A DNA stretch of 32,000 bases from Aciduliprofundum boonei T469 (GCF_000025665.1 NC_013926.1:360001-392000), one strand, 5' to 3'. Shown: positions 9,295 to 19,278, numbered from the stretch's first letter. Program-made: numbers and translations. Notes: generated from the letters alone by a model not told the origin.

Positions 9295-9510
9295 TTACAC
9301 CTCAAATATGAGCTTTTCATCCTCAAAAATTCTAAAATGCTCTCTCAAGCCGAGAATTTCTCTAATTTTATTGATACGCTCTTGCATATAATTTTCAAAC
9401 TCTTCACGCTTATCCTCTCTCATAACCTTCTCAGCAGTTTTGTAAAGGGATATCTGAAGTTTAACATCAAATCTGATTTTCTCATCAAGATTTGAGAGAT
9501 CTACATCCAT
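9295..9510 (-). CDS. Hypothetical small protein (71 aa)
   Basis: ATG ORF lying 2 nt upstream of the TatD-like gene on the same strand, so probably co-transcribed. Confidence 0.5.
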   Translation of the reverse strand: MDVDLSNLDEKIRFDVKLQISLYKTAEKVMREDKREEFENYMQERINKIREILGLREHFRIFEDEKLIFEV

Positions 9511-9552
9511 AAATTAGGAAATATTTTGAAATATTTAAACCCATTCTATCCT

Positions 9553-10212
9553 ATGAAAGCGATTATAACTGGAGGAGACAGCGGACTCGGATTTCACATA
9601 GCAAAAGAGCTTAAAAACAGGAGATATGAGATAATAATCATCGCAAGAAACGAAGATAAGTTAAGAAGGGCGGCAGAGAATTTGAAAGCAAATTGGTATG
9701 CTATTGATTTATCCAAAAACTATGAGGATGCTGGAGAAATCATTAAAAGGAAGAATCCCACAATTCTGGTAAATAATGCAGGATTCGGATTGTATGGAAA
9801 ATTTGAAGAGCAGAATTGGGATAAACTCGAAAATATGATTAAACTTAATATTTTGGCGCTTACATACCTAACATACATAGGGCTAAAAGTTATGAATACC
9901 GGCCATATCCTAAATGTATCCTCAGTGGCTGCTTGCAGAGCTCAGAAGAAATTAAGCGTTTATGCAGCTACAAAATCTTATGTAGAACAATTCACCAAGA
10001 GTTTGAATAAAGAGAGAAGAAAAATTAAAATTTCATATCTTCTACCAGGTCCGACAAAAACGGATTTTTTCAAAAATGCCAATATGCCAACAAGAGGCTT
10101 TGAAAGATTTATGCTGAATCCAGAGAAAGTGGCGAAGTATGCCGTGGATAAAATGCTAAAAGGTAAGGAGAGAATAGTACCGGGAATCATCTACAAGCTC
10201 TACTGTCTTTAA
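9553..10212 (+). CDS. Short-chain dehydrogenase/reductase (SDR)
   Basis: TGGDSGLG (TGxxxGxG), NNAG and catalytic YAATK (YxxxK). ATG 9553 is preferred over the TTG 9526 given by the ORF track. Confidence 0.85.
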   Translation: MKAIITGGDSGLGFHIAKELKNRRYEIIIIARNEDKLRRAAENLKANWYAIDLSKNYEDAGEIIKRKNPTILVNNAGFGLYGKFEEQNWDKLENMIKLNILALTYLTYIGLKVMNTGHILNVSSVAACRAQKKLSVYAATKSYVEQFTKSLNKERRKIKISYLLPGPTKTDFFKNANMPTRGFERFMLNPEKVAKYAVDKMLKGKERIVPGIIYKLYCL

Positions 10213-10311
10213 AATTAAAAATACCCGAAATATATTTCAAACGCACATAGAGCTATCTGCACCAACAGAATGAGAGATATAGCCTTGCTCAATACATCCT
10301 TGAATAAATAG

Positions 10312-10437
10312 TGCCCGAGCCGGGATTCGAACCCGGGTCAAGGGCTACCTGCAAAGCCCCCTTCTTTACGGGTAAAGCACCTTTTTAAAGGGGCTTTTCC
10401 GCAGGCCCCCAGGATATCCATGCTACCCCACTCGGGC
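10312..10437 (-). tRNA. tRNA-Arg(GCG) with a 52-nt intron (10347..10398) at 37/38
   Basis: Acceptor GCCCGAG/CTCGGGC, T-arm CCGGG-TTCGAAT-CCCGG, anticodon stem GGGGC/GCCCT (one G-U pair), loop CU-GCG-G|intron|A. CCA is not encoded. Confidence 0.8.
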
Positions 10438-10463
10438 TTGGGAGGAAATTAGCATACACATAT

Positions 10464-10757
10464 TTATGTTTTGGTCATTTTCTTCTTTCTTTCCTTCGCA
10501 GTATAACCAGTTGCGCGGAAAAGAAAATCATTCCATCTTTTCAATGTTTCTTGGGCTAAGCTGCTCTCAACCTTTCTACTCTTTGTCTCTGCAGCCATTT
10601 TTCCATCCTCAATCCATACCTCTATTCTATCAAGAGCCCCGAAGGAAGATAAAAGATGTCCATTCTCTTCCCTAACATTCCCAAATATATCCTTCATTAT
10701 CTTCCCAATCTCTTCCAAGCTTTTTTTGTGACCTCTCTTGAAAGTATACAACCTCAT
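10464..10757 (-). CDS. Hypothetical protein (97 aa)
   Basis: ATG ORF downstream of and codirectional with the respiratory cluster. No recognisable motif. Confidence 0.5.
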   Translation of the reverse strand: MRLYTFKRGHKKSLEEIGKIMKDIFGNVREENGHLLSSFGALDRIEVWIEDGKMAAETKSRKVESSLAQETLKRWNDFLFRATGYTAKERKKKMTKT

Positions 10758-10783
10758 AAAAATAGGAAAAATTAAGGATATTA

Positions 10784-11266
10784 TTAACTTTTCTCCTCTT
10801 CCTTAGGTTTAGGAGGTACATAGTCCTCTGGCCTGAATAATACTTCATCCATATGTATCTCCTTATCCTTCTTCTCTCTAATCTCGTAAGTTGGTATAAA
10901 TTTGAACTCATCTATATTCTCCGTTACAAGCTCATACCTTGGAGTCAATATGAGTGATTTTGTAGGGCAAATATCGGTACAGAACCCGCAGTAGCAGCAG
11001 CGTCCATAGTCAATCACAGGCCTCCATTTAAGTCCCTTCTTTCCCGAATTCTCAATTTTAACATATGTAATTGCTGCTGCAGGACAAACTTTAGAACATA
11101 GCTGGCATCCTATACAGGTTTCAATATTATTAGAATGAAAGCCTCTATAGCGCTCTGTAGGTAATTCAAGCCCTTCTATATCAGTATGTTTTTGATAAGG
11201 ATACTTAACAGTATGGGGAGCTTTTGAAAGATGTCTCAATGCTTTAAAAGGTTTTACTATACTCAT
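10784..11266 (-). CDS. NuoI-like 2x[4Fe-4S] ferredoxin subunit (MbxN-like)
   Basis: Two CxxCxxCxxxCP motifs (CIGCQLCSKVCP, CCYCGFCTDICP). SD GAGGTGATC upstream. Last gene of the cluster. Confidence 0.85.
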   Translation of the reverse strand: MSIVKPFKALRHLSKAPHTVKYPYQKHTDIEGLELPTERYRGFHSNNIETCIGCQLCSKVCPAAAITYVKIENSGKKGLKWRPVIDYGRCCYCGFCTDICPTKSLILTPRYELVTENIDEFKFIPTYEIREKKDKEIHMDEVLFRPEDYVPPKPKEEEKS

Positions 11267-11270
11267 CTGA

Positions 11271-12398
11271 TCACCTCTCTATGTCTGGAGCACAAACATC
11301 CAGACTGAATATTGTTTGAGAGAAATCTGCAATATTCAACCCCTTAGCTATAGTTTCTGTGACATTTATTCCATGGGTATAAGAGGGGCCACGCACATGA
11401 ACCCTGTACGGCATTTTCCCACCGTCGCTTATAACAAAATATCCATATTCTCCCTTAGAACTCTCAACACGAGCGTAAGCATAGCCTGCGGGAACTTTCC
11501 ACGCAATAGGATTGGGAAGTTTCAAAGTGTGAGGACCATCTGGTATTTTCTTTATAACCTGTCTAAGGATCCTTATACTCTGCTCGATTTCCAATCTTCT
11601 GACAATCATCCTAGAATAGCAATCACATCCATGGCCAAGAACTTCAAAATCACCAAATTTAGGATAATGAGGTATCTCAAAATCCAAATCTGGATAAGCT
11701 GCATAAGGATCTACCTTTCTGACATCATATTCATAGCCACAAGCTCTGAGATTTGGACCTGTAATTCCCCACTCTATTGCCTTGTCTTTTGGTACAACTC
11801 CCACATCAGGAGCTCTGCGGAAAAACACTTCATTAGCAAATAGGAGCTTATCGTAAAACTCCAGTCTGCTTTCCAAATAATTAAGAACCTTTTCGAGTTT
11901 GCGCAAAAATCCATCGGGGAGATCCCAGCGCACACCTCCGGGGAAGATGAAGATGTGATATACTCTGGCTCCAGTAAGCTGCTCAAATAAATCGAGCAAA
12001 TAATCCCTATCTCCAATCGTCCACTGACCTACGGTATAAAGACCTATGGCCCCCGCATAACCACCCAATGTTAAAAGATGGGACGACAACCTGGCCATTT
12101 CCAGCACTATGGTACGTATGTATTTGGCTCTCTCTGGAATATCCCAGTCCATAAGGGACTCAACGGCCATAGCATATACTGCCTCATTCACATCGGGCTC
12201 AGGAACGCATATTCTAGGAATCAATGCCACATTCATCTGCCAAGTACGCTTCTCCATTAATTTCTCAAAACCTCTGTGGAGATAACCTGGATGAGCTTCC
12301 GCCTTCACAATAGTATCTCCATCAACCCAAAGATGATACATAAAGTTACCAGTTATACCTGGATGTTGCGGCCCAATGAATAATTCAAATTCCTTCAT
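11271..12398 (-). CDS. NuoD / [NiFe]-hydrogenase large-subunit-like catalytic subunit (MbxL-like) with incomplete Ni-Fe cysteine motifs
   Basis: 375 aa starting FIGPQHPG. N-terminal PRICVPEP replaces RxCGxC, and C-terminal DVCAPDIER replaces DPCxxCxxR. ATGA overlap with the upstream gene. Confidence 0.85.
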   Translation of the reverse strand: MKEFELFIGPQHPGITGNFMYHLWVDGDTIVKAEAHPGYLHRGFEKLMEKRTWQMNVALIPRICVPEPDVNEAVYAMAVESLMDWDIPERAKYIRTIVLEMARLSSHLLTLGGYAGAIGLYTVGQWTIGDRDYLLDLFEQLTGARVYHIFIFPGGVRWDLPDGFLRKLEKVLNYLESRLEFYDKLLFANEVFFRRAPDVGVVPKDKAIEWGITGPNLRACGYEYDVRKVDPYAAYPDLDFEIPHYPKFGDFEVLGHGCDCYSRMIVRRLEIEQSIRILRQVIKKIPDGPHTLKLPNPIAWKVPAGYAYARVESSKGEYGYFVISDGGKMPYRVHVRGPSYTHGINVTETIAKGLNIADFSQTIFSLDVCAPDIER

Positions 12399-12892
12399 TC
12401 TTTTTCACCCCCCTCATCTATAAGGGGCACGCTTTCATATTTCTCCCTCGCATATTTTACTGTGTCAAAATCCTTCCGCATGGGTGGCATCTCATTCCAA
12501 TCTTCTAAGATGAACTCACCCAATCTATCATTACCCTCGAATTCCACTCCGAACATTTCATAAATCTCCCTCTCATATGTTTCAATCTGAGGGAACAGAT
12601 GCCTCAGAGTTCTATATTTTGGCTCATTTCTCGGCAAAAATATACTTAAAAATACATCCTCGCTATCTTCATAACTAAAAAGATGATACACGAGCTCAAA
12701 TTTTTCATCCTTTATCCAGTCAATGCAACTTAAAGCTACAAAGTGGTTAAAACCACTATTTTTGAATTTGATTATAGCATCCTCAAGCTTCTCGGGTTTC
12801 ACCTCTGCCTTGTATCTTGGAAGAGTATTTCCCTTCACCTTTAGCTTTTCAAATTCCACTCCGAGCTCTTTGAATATCTGCTCGGCCTTCAT
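12395..12892 (-). CDS. NuoC-like subunit (MbxK-like)
   Basis: 165 aa with NuoC-like blocks (ERExYDxFG-like: YEREIYEMFGVEFEGN). ATGA overlaps on both sides. Confidence 0.8.
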   Translation of the reverse strand: MKAEQIFKELGVEFEKLKVKGNTLPRYKAEVKPEKLEDAIIKFKNSGFNHFVALSCIDWIKDEKFELVYHLFSYEDSEDVFLSIFLPRNEPKYRTLRHLFPQIETYEREIYEMFGVEFEGNDRLGEFILEDWNEMPPMRKDFDTVKYAREKYESVPLIDEGGEKE

Positions 12893-13431
12893 TCATCCCA
12901 CCTCTTGAATACTTTCATCTGATTTCTTCTGTACTGGTCATAATATTTCCTGTACCTCATCCAACCATTAGCTTTTCCTTCATCTATATCCTTCATAAGC
13001 TTAAGAAATGCATCCATTATTGCCTCTGGCCTAGGCATACATCCCGCTATGTATAAATCCACGGGAATGTACTTATCCAATCTCTTTATGATATTGTAAG
13101 AATCCCAGTAAATACCACCATTTATTGGACATGAGCCAAAGGCAATAACATACTTAGGGTCCTGCATCTGCTCATATACCCTAACAATCCTTTTTAGAGT
13201 TTTTGTAGCCACATAACCTGTTACGAGCATCAAATCTGCTTGTCTTGGAGTGGCCATTGGTATTATCCCGAACCTTTCCATATCATAACGAGAGGTCATG
13301 ACAGGGGGCATCTCCATAGCACCACAGCCAGTACAGAAATGTATCATCCACAATGAGCGCCTTGAAAGCATTCTCTGTATCTTTTTCCACTCTTTATCCG
13401 GAATTACATTGGGCAATGGGTTCTCGTTCAT
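12889..13431 (-). CDS. NuoB / hydrogenase small-subunit-like [4Fe-4S] subunit (MbxJ-like)
   Basis: Cluster ligands CTGCGAMEM, GSCPINGG and AGCMPRPE. ATG 13431 forms an ATGA overlap with the upstream stop; the ORF track start 13503 would overlap by 76 nt. Confidence 0.85.
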   Translation of the reverse strand: MNENPLPNVIPDKEWKKIQRMLSRRSLWMIHFCTGCGAMEMPPVMTSRYDMERFGIIPMATPRQADLMLVTGYVATKTLKRIVRVYEQMQDPKYVIAFGSCPINGGIYWDSYNIIKRLDKYIPVDLYIAGCMPRPEAIMDAFLKLMKDIDEGKANGWMRYRKYYDQYRRNQMKVFKRWDE

Positions 13432-14393
13432 GGTACCACCCCCAGGAATACAGACATAATATATGCCTGAGCTAAACCCAATATTGCAATCACTGTTGGC
13501 CATTTCCAGTAAAACTTAAAGGCCTGCTCAATTCTGAATCTGGGAAATACTGCATTTATAAACACTGCAATCATCCAAACCACGAATATTAGGGCAAACC
13601 ATACTAGATAATTAACCACATAGGCGATTATTCCATAGGTTGCCGGATTTAATACCATACCACCACCGAGGAATAGATCCACAAATAGTGTTGTTTCTAA
13701 AACTATGGAGCCTGCAGAGAACAGCATAAGCATGCCAAGATACTTGCCTCCAAACTCAACCAGAGGGCCAGAAGCAATTTCATGGGGCGCAATAGCAATA
13801 TCAAAAGGCTTCTCCATCATCATGCCCTGGAGGGCCAGGTCGGCAGCCAAAGCAGATATTGGTAAAGCGATTATTCCCCAGAGATAACTCATCTGTTTAT
13901 CCAATAATACAGACAGAGAAGCAGTATTGTAGAAGATCATAAGTGATAGCAACACAAGGAGGAATGGCATTTCATAAGAGAGCATAAGAGTGAGAGCCCT
14001 CATAACTCCCACGCCTGCATTAGGATTGCCTGAGGCCCCTGCGCCGAGGGCAAAGCCAAGTGATGGTATAGCCATTATATACAAGAGAAGAATTAAATCG
14101 CCCTCTCCGCTCAGCATTTTATAACCACCCATGGGTAGATAAGCTAAGGCAAGGAGCACTCCTGCAAGTGCAAACAGAGGGGCAAAATCAAATATCCAAT
14201 TATGCTTGATGTTAGTTTTCTTAGCCAACAACTTGCCCACATCTAAGAAATTCTGGTAAACTGGGGGACCAACCCTGTTTTGAATCCTGGCTGTAACCTT
14301 TCTAGCAATACCCATAAACAGTAACCCTATGACCACCGCAAGGAATAGGTAAAGCGCAACTAGTCCTGCTTGAATAAGCCAATCAACTATCAT
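13428..14393 (-). CDS. NuoH-like integral membrane subunit (MbxM-like)
   Basis: Polytopic membrane protein at the NuoH position. ATG 14393 forms an ATGA overlap with the upstream gene; the GTG 14405 alternative comes from the ORF track. Confidence 0.8.
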   Translation of the reverse strand: MIVDWLIQAGLVALYLFLAVVIGLLFMGIARKVTARIQNRVGPPVYQNFLDVGKLLAKKTNIKHNWIFDFAPLFALAGVLLALAYLPMGGYKMLSGEGDLILLLYIMAIPSLGFALGAGASGNPNAGVGVMRALTLMLSYEMPFLLVLLSLMIFYNTASLSVLLDKQMSYLWGIIALPISALAADLALQGMMMEKPFDIAIAPHEIASGPLVEFGGKYLGMLMLFSAGSIVLETTLFVDLFLGGGMVLNPATYGIIAYVVNYLVWFALIFVVWMIAVFINAVFPRFRIEQAFKFYWKWPTVIAILGLAQAYIMSVFLGVVP

Positions 14394-16207
14394 AGCAACC
14401 ACCACCCAACAAGAAGGAATACTAAAAAGGCAATTCCCAGATAAGCAGCATAATCCTGTGGGTTTCCAGTATACATATTCTTAATTTCAGAGAAGCCATC
14501 AGCAAAGAATTTACTTAATTTCTCGTAAGCCCTATCAGCGCTGTATTTAAGCAATGGAGCCCATGTGTCCCTCAATGGTTTATAATAATTATGAGCAGCA
14601 TGGAGAGCAACCGAAGAGGGCGCCTCTCCTGCCAAGTAGTTATCGTACTGATCTACAACTCTCGCCTTCTTTCTTAAGAATATCACCATTGCCACAAAGA
14701 ACAACACCATAAATGCAATCCAAAATGTTGCCATGTTTGCTCCGCCTATATTTGATAGATATGCAAATTTGCTATAATCCAGAGGTTTAAGACCTGTATG
14801 TACAAGAATGTCATTTATCCAATTCAAAATCCAACCAGGAACGATGGAAAATACAAGTAATGGAATTGTCAAGATGAACATGGCCGCAAGCATGGGTGCC
14901 GGTGCTTCCTTAATTTTCTTATGCTCCTCTTTTAATTCGCCCAAGAATATTCCATATAATATGCGATAGCTATACAGAAATGCTCCGACAGATGCAATTA
15001 GCATCAACGGGGCTATTATCACAAATTTTTTCTCTATAGCTGCCTCGTAGAGCATCCACTTTGATATGAATCCCGAGGTTAAAGGAATACCAGCAAGAGC
15101 AAATATGGCAAATAAGACAAATAGAAATGTGAATGGCATCCTATATCCAAGTCCTCCCATCTCACTGATCTTGTACTTTCCTGTGCGATATATAACCGCA
15201 CCTGCACCGAGGAACAGCAGAGATTTGAAGAATGCATGGTTGAATGCATGGAACAATGCTCCACCAAGAGCCAAGGATGTACCTAGCCCAAGACCTACCA
15301 TAACATAACCGAGCTGTCCTATGGAAGAGTAAGCTAACAACTTACGGATGTCATCTTGGAAAATCGCCAAAATCGTACCCACAAATGCTGTTATAGCACC
15401 CAGGAGTGCAAATGGATAACCTAGGAGAGAAACACCCCTAAATGTGCCGAAGGAATTCAAAATCCCTACACCTGCAATGGAATACATGCTCATATAAATT
15501 CCAAATGTACCAAGCTTGCTCAATCCTCCAGATAAGAACGATACAAAGGGCGGTTCAGAAGAATACGCATAGGGGGCCCATACATGCAAAGGAACTATAG
15601 CCATCTTCACTCCAAATCCAAGAATTAAAAATGTGAGAATCCAAGCCCATGCATAATGGGGTATTGCACCAGAAAGCGCATCCGCGTACAAGAAACTTCC
15701 AGTATAATAATACACAATTCCAATACCCATTATTATGAGATAAGCAGAGAGAACTCCGAAAAGCAGGTATCTCCTTGCATATTCACCAGATGTGCGAAGG
15801 ATTAACACATAAACTGACCAAGACATAAGTTCCCAGAATAAATACAAACTCAGGAAATCCCTGGAGAGAAGAACTCCATTAGCCCCTGCAAATCCAAGGA
15901 GCACCAATGTTGAAAATCCTCCAGCATTCTTAAGTCCCGCACTCACTGCAAATAAGAGAGATGAGAATAGGACAGTGTTCATCATCAACATAAAGAACCA
16001 GGTGGTTATATCAAATGTAAAATTCAACTTTACTCCAATATCAATAGTGTAAGAGCCAAAGCTTCCATACCACACATACAGGAATATACCTGTTATCGCC
16101 ACAAATATCAATGCTATAGCCGGAGCATATTTCCTGCCAAAATAAGAGAGTAAGGCACCAGCAAGCGGAAGCAGTATGAATATTCCAAATAAAGTTAAAG
16201 CATCCAT
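14390..16207 (-). CDS. MrpA/NuoL-type proton-conducting antiporter-like subunit (MbxH'-like)
   Basis: About 605 aa, polytopic, with antiporter-like blocks (WAPYAYSSEP, AYSSIGQLGYV, HAFFKSLLFLGAG). ATG 16207 is preceded by GGAGGTG. Confidence 0.8.
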   Translation of the reverse strand: MDALTLFGIFILLPLAGALLSYFGRKYAPAIALIFVAITGIFLYVWYGSFGSYTIDIGVKLNFTFDITTWFFMLMMNTVLFSSLLFAVSAGLKNAGGFSTLVLLGFAGANGVLLSRDFLSLYLFWELMSWSVYVLILRTSGEYARRYLLFGVLSAYLIIMGIGIVYYYTGSFLYADALSGAIPHYAWAWILTFLILGFGVKMAIVPLHVWAPYAYSSEPPFVSFLSGGLSKLGTFGIYMSMYSIAGVGILNSFGTFRGVSLLGYPFALLGAITAFVGTILAIFQDDIRKLLAYSSIGQLGYVMVGLGLGTSLALGGALFHAFNHAFFKSLLFLGAGAVIYRTGKYKISEMGGLGYRMPFTFLFVLFAIFALAGIPLTSGFISKWMLYEAAIEKKFVIIAPLMLIASVGAFLYSYRILYGIFLGELKEEHKKIKEAPAPMLAAMFILTIPLLVFSIVPGWILNWINDILVHTGLKPLDYSKFAYLSNIGGANMATFWIAFMVLFFVAMVIFLRKKARVVDQYDNYLAGEAPSSVALHAAHNYYKPLRDTWAPLLKYSADRAYEKLSKFFADGFSEIKNMYTGNPQDYAAYLGIAFLVFLLVGWWLL

Positions 16208-16208
16208 T

Positions 16209-17627
16209 TTAGGCACCTCCTGCTATAAATGCACTCACATGTTGCAATACAGCAAGTATGGGCTTTGGATATATGCCAATAAGCACTATCAATATAGCCA
16301 AGAGTATCAAGGGTATATATGTAGCCGCATCTGGCCTTATTACCTTATTACCCTTCTCGAACACTATTTTTATGAATCTTGCATAATAGGCAACCTCCAC
16401 AATACTAGCAGCCAAGAAAAGTGCAATGATAGCATAGTAACCCTGTGAAAATCCACCCATAAGAATGAAGAATTTACCGTAGAACCCTGCAAATGGTGGC
16501 ATACCCATTATGGAGAGAGCACCTATCAATAAAGGTATCCCAATTAACGGGTTTCTTGCCATACCCTTCATATCCTCTATTTTATTGCTTTTAGCCGCAT
16601 AAATCAGAAAACCGGCAGCTATGAACAGCAATGCCTTTCCAAGAGCATGGGCAATCATTTGATAAAACGCACCCTCAACTGCAAGGGTTGTGCCTATTCC
16701 TAAGCCCATTATTATCATACCCATTTGCCCAATGGAAGAGTAAGCCAGCATCTTCTTTAGATTCTTTTGAGTATATGCTATAATTTCCCCAAAGAATACA
16801 GTGAGAAGACCCATTATTACGACAAACCATAGGAAATTCGTGAATGAAAACATTGTAAATATAACCCTTGCCAAGGCAAATATGCCTGCTTTAGCGGGTA
16901 GCGAGGCAAAAGCTGCACTTATGGGATGCGGTGCACCATCGTATGCATCTGGAACCCATGTGTTTAAAGGAAACATCTCAGCTTCAACACCGAATCCAAG
17001 GAATAATGATGTGAATGCAATAATTTTCACATAAGGGTCCATTGTACCTATCCTCGCTGCAATGTCCAGCATATTAAGTGTTCTCAGCTGTGAGTATATC
17101 AAAGTTATACCTATAAGAACGAAGGTACTTCCTATGGAGCCGATAATCACATACTTCATGGCACCCATGAATCCCTCCTTATCTTTGTTATAAGCAGCAA
17201 GACCGTAGGAGGCTATGGAAGTTACCTCCAAGAACACAAATAGATTGAAAAGATCTCCCGTAAGAACCATGCCCGTAGAGCCCATCACCAATAGGAGATA
17301 GAGCATGGAATATTTCACTATGGGCTCTTTTTCAACTTTTAGGTTATAAATTGATATTATGAACGCCACAATGTTGATTATCAGTGCAATTATCGCACCC
17401 AATGGCCCTACCATCAAAACTATGCCAAGAGGGGGTTGAAAACCTCCAATTATATCAAAGATCGGATGCTGAAGTGCCTCCATAAGTATGAATCCCGCAA
17501 GTGTGGCATTTAGAGCCGTAGCAAATATGACTAAATACCTGACCCATTTTTTACTCCAAAGACCTATGATTGGAGAGAGAAATGCGAATAGGAGCGGAAA
17601 TGCTATCAAGAGCACAGGCCTAATCAT
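16209..17627 (-). CDS. MrpD/NuoN-type antiporter-like subunit (MbxH-like)
   Basis: 472 aa, polytopic, with blocks WVPDAYDGAP, AYSSIGQMGMI and HALGKALLFIAAG. ATGA overlap upstream. Confidence 0.8.
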   Translation of the reverse strand: MIRPVLLIAFPLLFAFLSPIIGLWSKKWVRYLVIFATALNATLAGFILMEALQHPIFDIIGGFQPPLGIVLMVGPLGAIIALIINIVAFIISIYNLKVEKEPIVKYSMLYLLLVMGSTGMVLTGDLFNLFVFLEVTSIASYGLAAYNKDKEGFMGAMKYVIIGSIGSTFVLIGITLIYSQLRTLNMLDIAARIGTMDPYVKIIAFTSLFLGFGVEAEMFPLNTWVPDAYDGAPHPISAAFASLPAKAGIFALARVIFTMFSFTNFLWFVVIMGLLTVFFGEIIAYTQKNLKKMLAYSSIGQMGMIIMGLGIGTTLAVEGAFYQMIAHALGKALLFIAAGFLIYAAKSNKIEDMKGMARNPLIGIPLLIGALSIMGMPPFAGFYGKFFILMGGFSQGYYAIIALFLAASIVEVAYYARFIKIVFEKGNKVIRPDAATYIPLILLAILIVLIGIYPKPILAVLQHVSAFIAGGA

Positions 17628-17959
17628 TCTTCCACCCCCATCAGCTCGTCAAGTTCTAAAGTTCCAGTTTTCTTGTAAATTCCAATTGCTATAGATAATG
17701 CTAGAGCCATGACGGATACGCCTATAACGATAGCCGTGAGCACTAAAGCTTGAGGAATCGGGTCAACATAAGGGCCAGGTACATTCTCTATAGGTGCAGT
17801 AGCATTCTTCACATAGCCCACAGAGATGAGAAGGAGATTCACTCCAGTATCCATTATGTCCAAACCAATTATTATCTTTATGAGATTTTTCTTTGCTATG
17901 ACTATATAAATCCCAATAACAACGAGTGCTATTGAACCAAGGTAGTAATATGGGATCAC
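17624..17959 (-). CDS. MrpC/NuoK-like small membrane subunit (MbxG-like)
   Basis: 111 aa with 3 TM helices at the MnhC/NuoK-like position. GTGA overlap with the upstream gene. Confidence 0.75.
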   Translation of the reverse strand: MIPYYYLGSIALVVIGIYIVIAKKNLIKIIIGLDIMDTGVNLLLISVGYVKNATAPIENVPGPYVDPIPQALVLTAIVIGVSVMALALSIAIGIYKKTGTLELDELMGVEE

Positions 17960-18684
17960 TCTCTCACCCCCATCATTGCATCCACGATACCCGTCAGCTC
18001 GCTTCCCACTTTAACGCCTATGGCAACATAGATAACGGGGATCACGCCAGCACTGAATAGATATGTTGGCAGCCCAAAGGGCAAGAAGTTATAGAGGAAA
18101 TAACCCGCTATTGCAAGCCCAAGAAGACCTACAATAACAAAGGTTAATCCTGCAAGACTTTCCGAGACATTCAACCTCTTATGCTCCGCATGGAATTTTG
18201 GATACGCTAGATAGAGAAGGAGAAAAGATGATGCAATTATTGCACCACCCGGGAATCCTCCTCCTGGAGTGAGGTGTCCGTGTATAAATATATAAGCACC
18301 AAATAAGATAATGAAACCAAACAGAAGCTTAGAGCCAGTTTCCACAACAGCATTAGACCTCTTCACCTTTTTCTTTGCCTTATTCTCAACATACATTAAG
18401 GAGCCAACACCTGTGGAGGCCAAAAATAGCACAGTTACTTCACCCAAGGTATCAAAACCTCTGTAATCTACCACAACCGCAGTTACCATATTCGTAGCAC
18501 CAGTATCTTTCTTACCATAAGTTAGGTAATGTTGTGGAAGAGACATATTTGATGTTTGATTTTCAATAGGATTGTAATAATGAGGATATTTACTCATCTG
18601 CTCTCCAAACGGTATCTTTGCAAAGGCCATGGCAAACACAACGAATAATAGAATCGCAATGATAATAGCTAATACTCTCTTCAT
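17956..18684 (-). CDS. MrpB-like membrane subunit (MbxF-like)
   Basis: Polytopic. MnhB-like core (VTAVVVDYRGFDTLGEVTVLF). ATG 18684 forms an ATGA overlap and is preceded by AGGTGGGAG; the ORF track GTG is at 18693. Confidence 0.75.
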   Translation of the reverse strand: MKRVLAIIIAILLFVVFAMAFAKIPFGEQMSKYPHYYNPIENQTSNMSLPQHYLTYGKKDTGATNMVTAVVVDYRGFDTLGEVTVLFLASTGVGSLMYVENKAKKKVKRSNAVVETGSKLLFGFIILFGAYIFIHGHLTPGGGFPGGAIIASSFLLLYLAYPKFHAEHKRLNVSESLAGLTFVIVGLLGLAIAGYFLYNFLPFGLPTYLFSAGVIPVIYVAIGVKVGSELTGIVDAMMGVRE

Positions 18685-18929
18685 TTCTCCCACCTCTTTG
18701 TGCTTCTAATTGCAAATATTATAACAGCCATACTCAAAGCCGCACCTATGGCAGCTTCTGTGATTGCAACATCTGGAGCCTGCAGTATGTAAAATAGTAT
18801 GGAAACTATTAAACTCATCACTCCCAAAGCAATAGCAGCCGAGAGCAAATCCTTCATTTCAGCGGCTATTATTGCTGTTATTATTGTTATGATTATTAGG
18901 ATTAAGGATACTATAGTAAATAGATCCAA
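18681..18929 (-). CDS. Small MrpA-C-terminal/MnhB-related membrane subunit (DUF4040-like, MbxD-like)
   Basis: Hydrophobic, 82 aa. TTG 18929 sits immediately after the MrpG-like stop and is preceded by GGAGGAGG. The longer ORF-track version (to 19028) would overlap the upstream gene by 98 nt. Confidence 0.6.
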   Translation of the reverse strand: MDLFTIVSLILIIITIITAIIAAEMKDLLSAAIALGVMSLIVSILFYILQAPDVAITEAAIGAALSMAVIIFAIRSTKRWEK

Positions 18930-18930
18930 T

Positions 18931-19278
18931 TTAATCCTCCTCCTTTTCTTCCTTGTACTTATCAACCACGCTACCTTCCCAAAGCTTAACTCCATGCTTA
19001 TAACTGGCCCTAGCCAAGGCGCTCGCACCTATTGGCGCAGTCAAAACTATGAACGCTGCAATAATCAAACTCTTAGGAAGCCACCCAAGATCTATTAATC
19101 CTATACCAACGAGTACGCTTAAAGCTCCGAGAGTGGTCGCTTTTGTTGCTGTTTGCATCCTATTGTAAACATCAGGCATGCGAAGCAAACCTATAGAGGC
19201 AAGCAGGAGAAAGAATGTCCCTATGCTGATAAATATATAACCTATTATCTGCAAAATTAAAAGTATCACATTGCTCAT
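18931..19278 (-). CDS. MrpG-like subunit (MbxC-like)
   Basis: 115 aa, 3 TM helices, MnhG-like (LLRMPDVYNRMQTATKATTLG). ATGA overlap upstream. Confidence 0.75.
   Translation of the reverse strand: MSNVILLILQIIGYIFISIGTFFLLLASIGLLRMPDVYNRMQTATKATTLGALSVLVGIGLIDLGWLPKSLIIAAFIVLTAPIGASALARASYKHGVKLWEGSVVDKYKEEKEED

Noticed and set aside
10672-10911. 79-aa minus-strand ORF bridging two genes
   Set aside because: It overlaps both the NuoI-like CDS and the 10464..10757 CDS out of frame. No SD is present and the composition is poor.
11271-12398. Call as an H2-evolving membrane-bound [NiFe]-hydrogenase (Mbh/Ech) large subunit
   Set aside because: Both CxxC Ni-Fe ligand pairs are reduced to single cysteines (RICVPEP, DVCAPD). 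The Mbx/MBS-like assignment is preferred.
15066-15308. Antisense ORFs inside the antiporter-like genes (also 13705..13887, 16801..17034, 17488..17694, 18799..19098, 19330..19584)
   Set aside because: All are embedded antisense in long CDSs with clear membrane-subunit homology. They are typical shadow ORFs.
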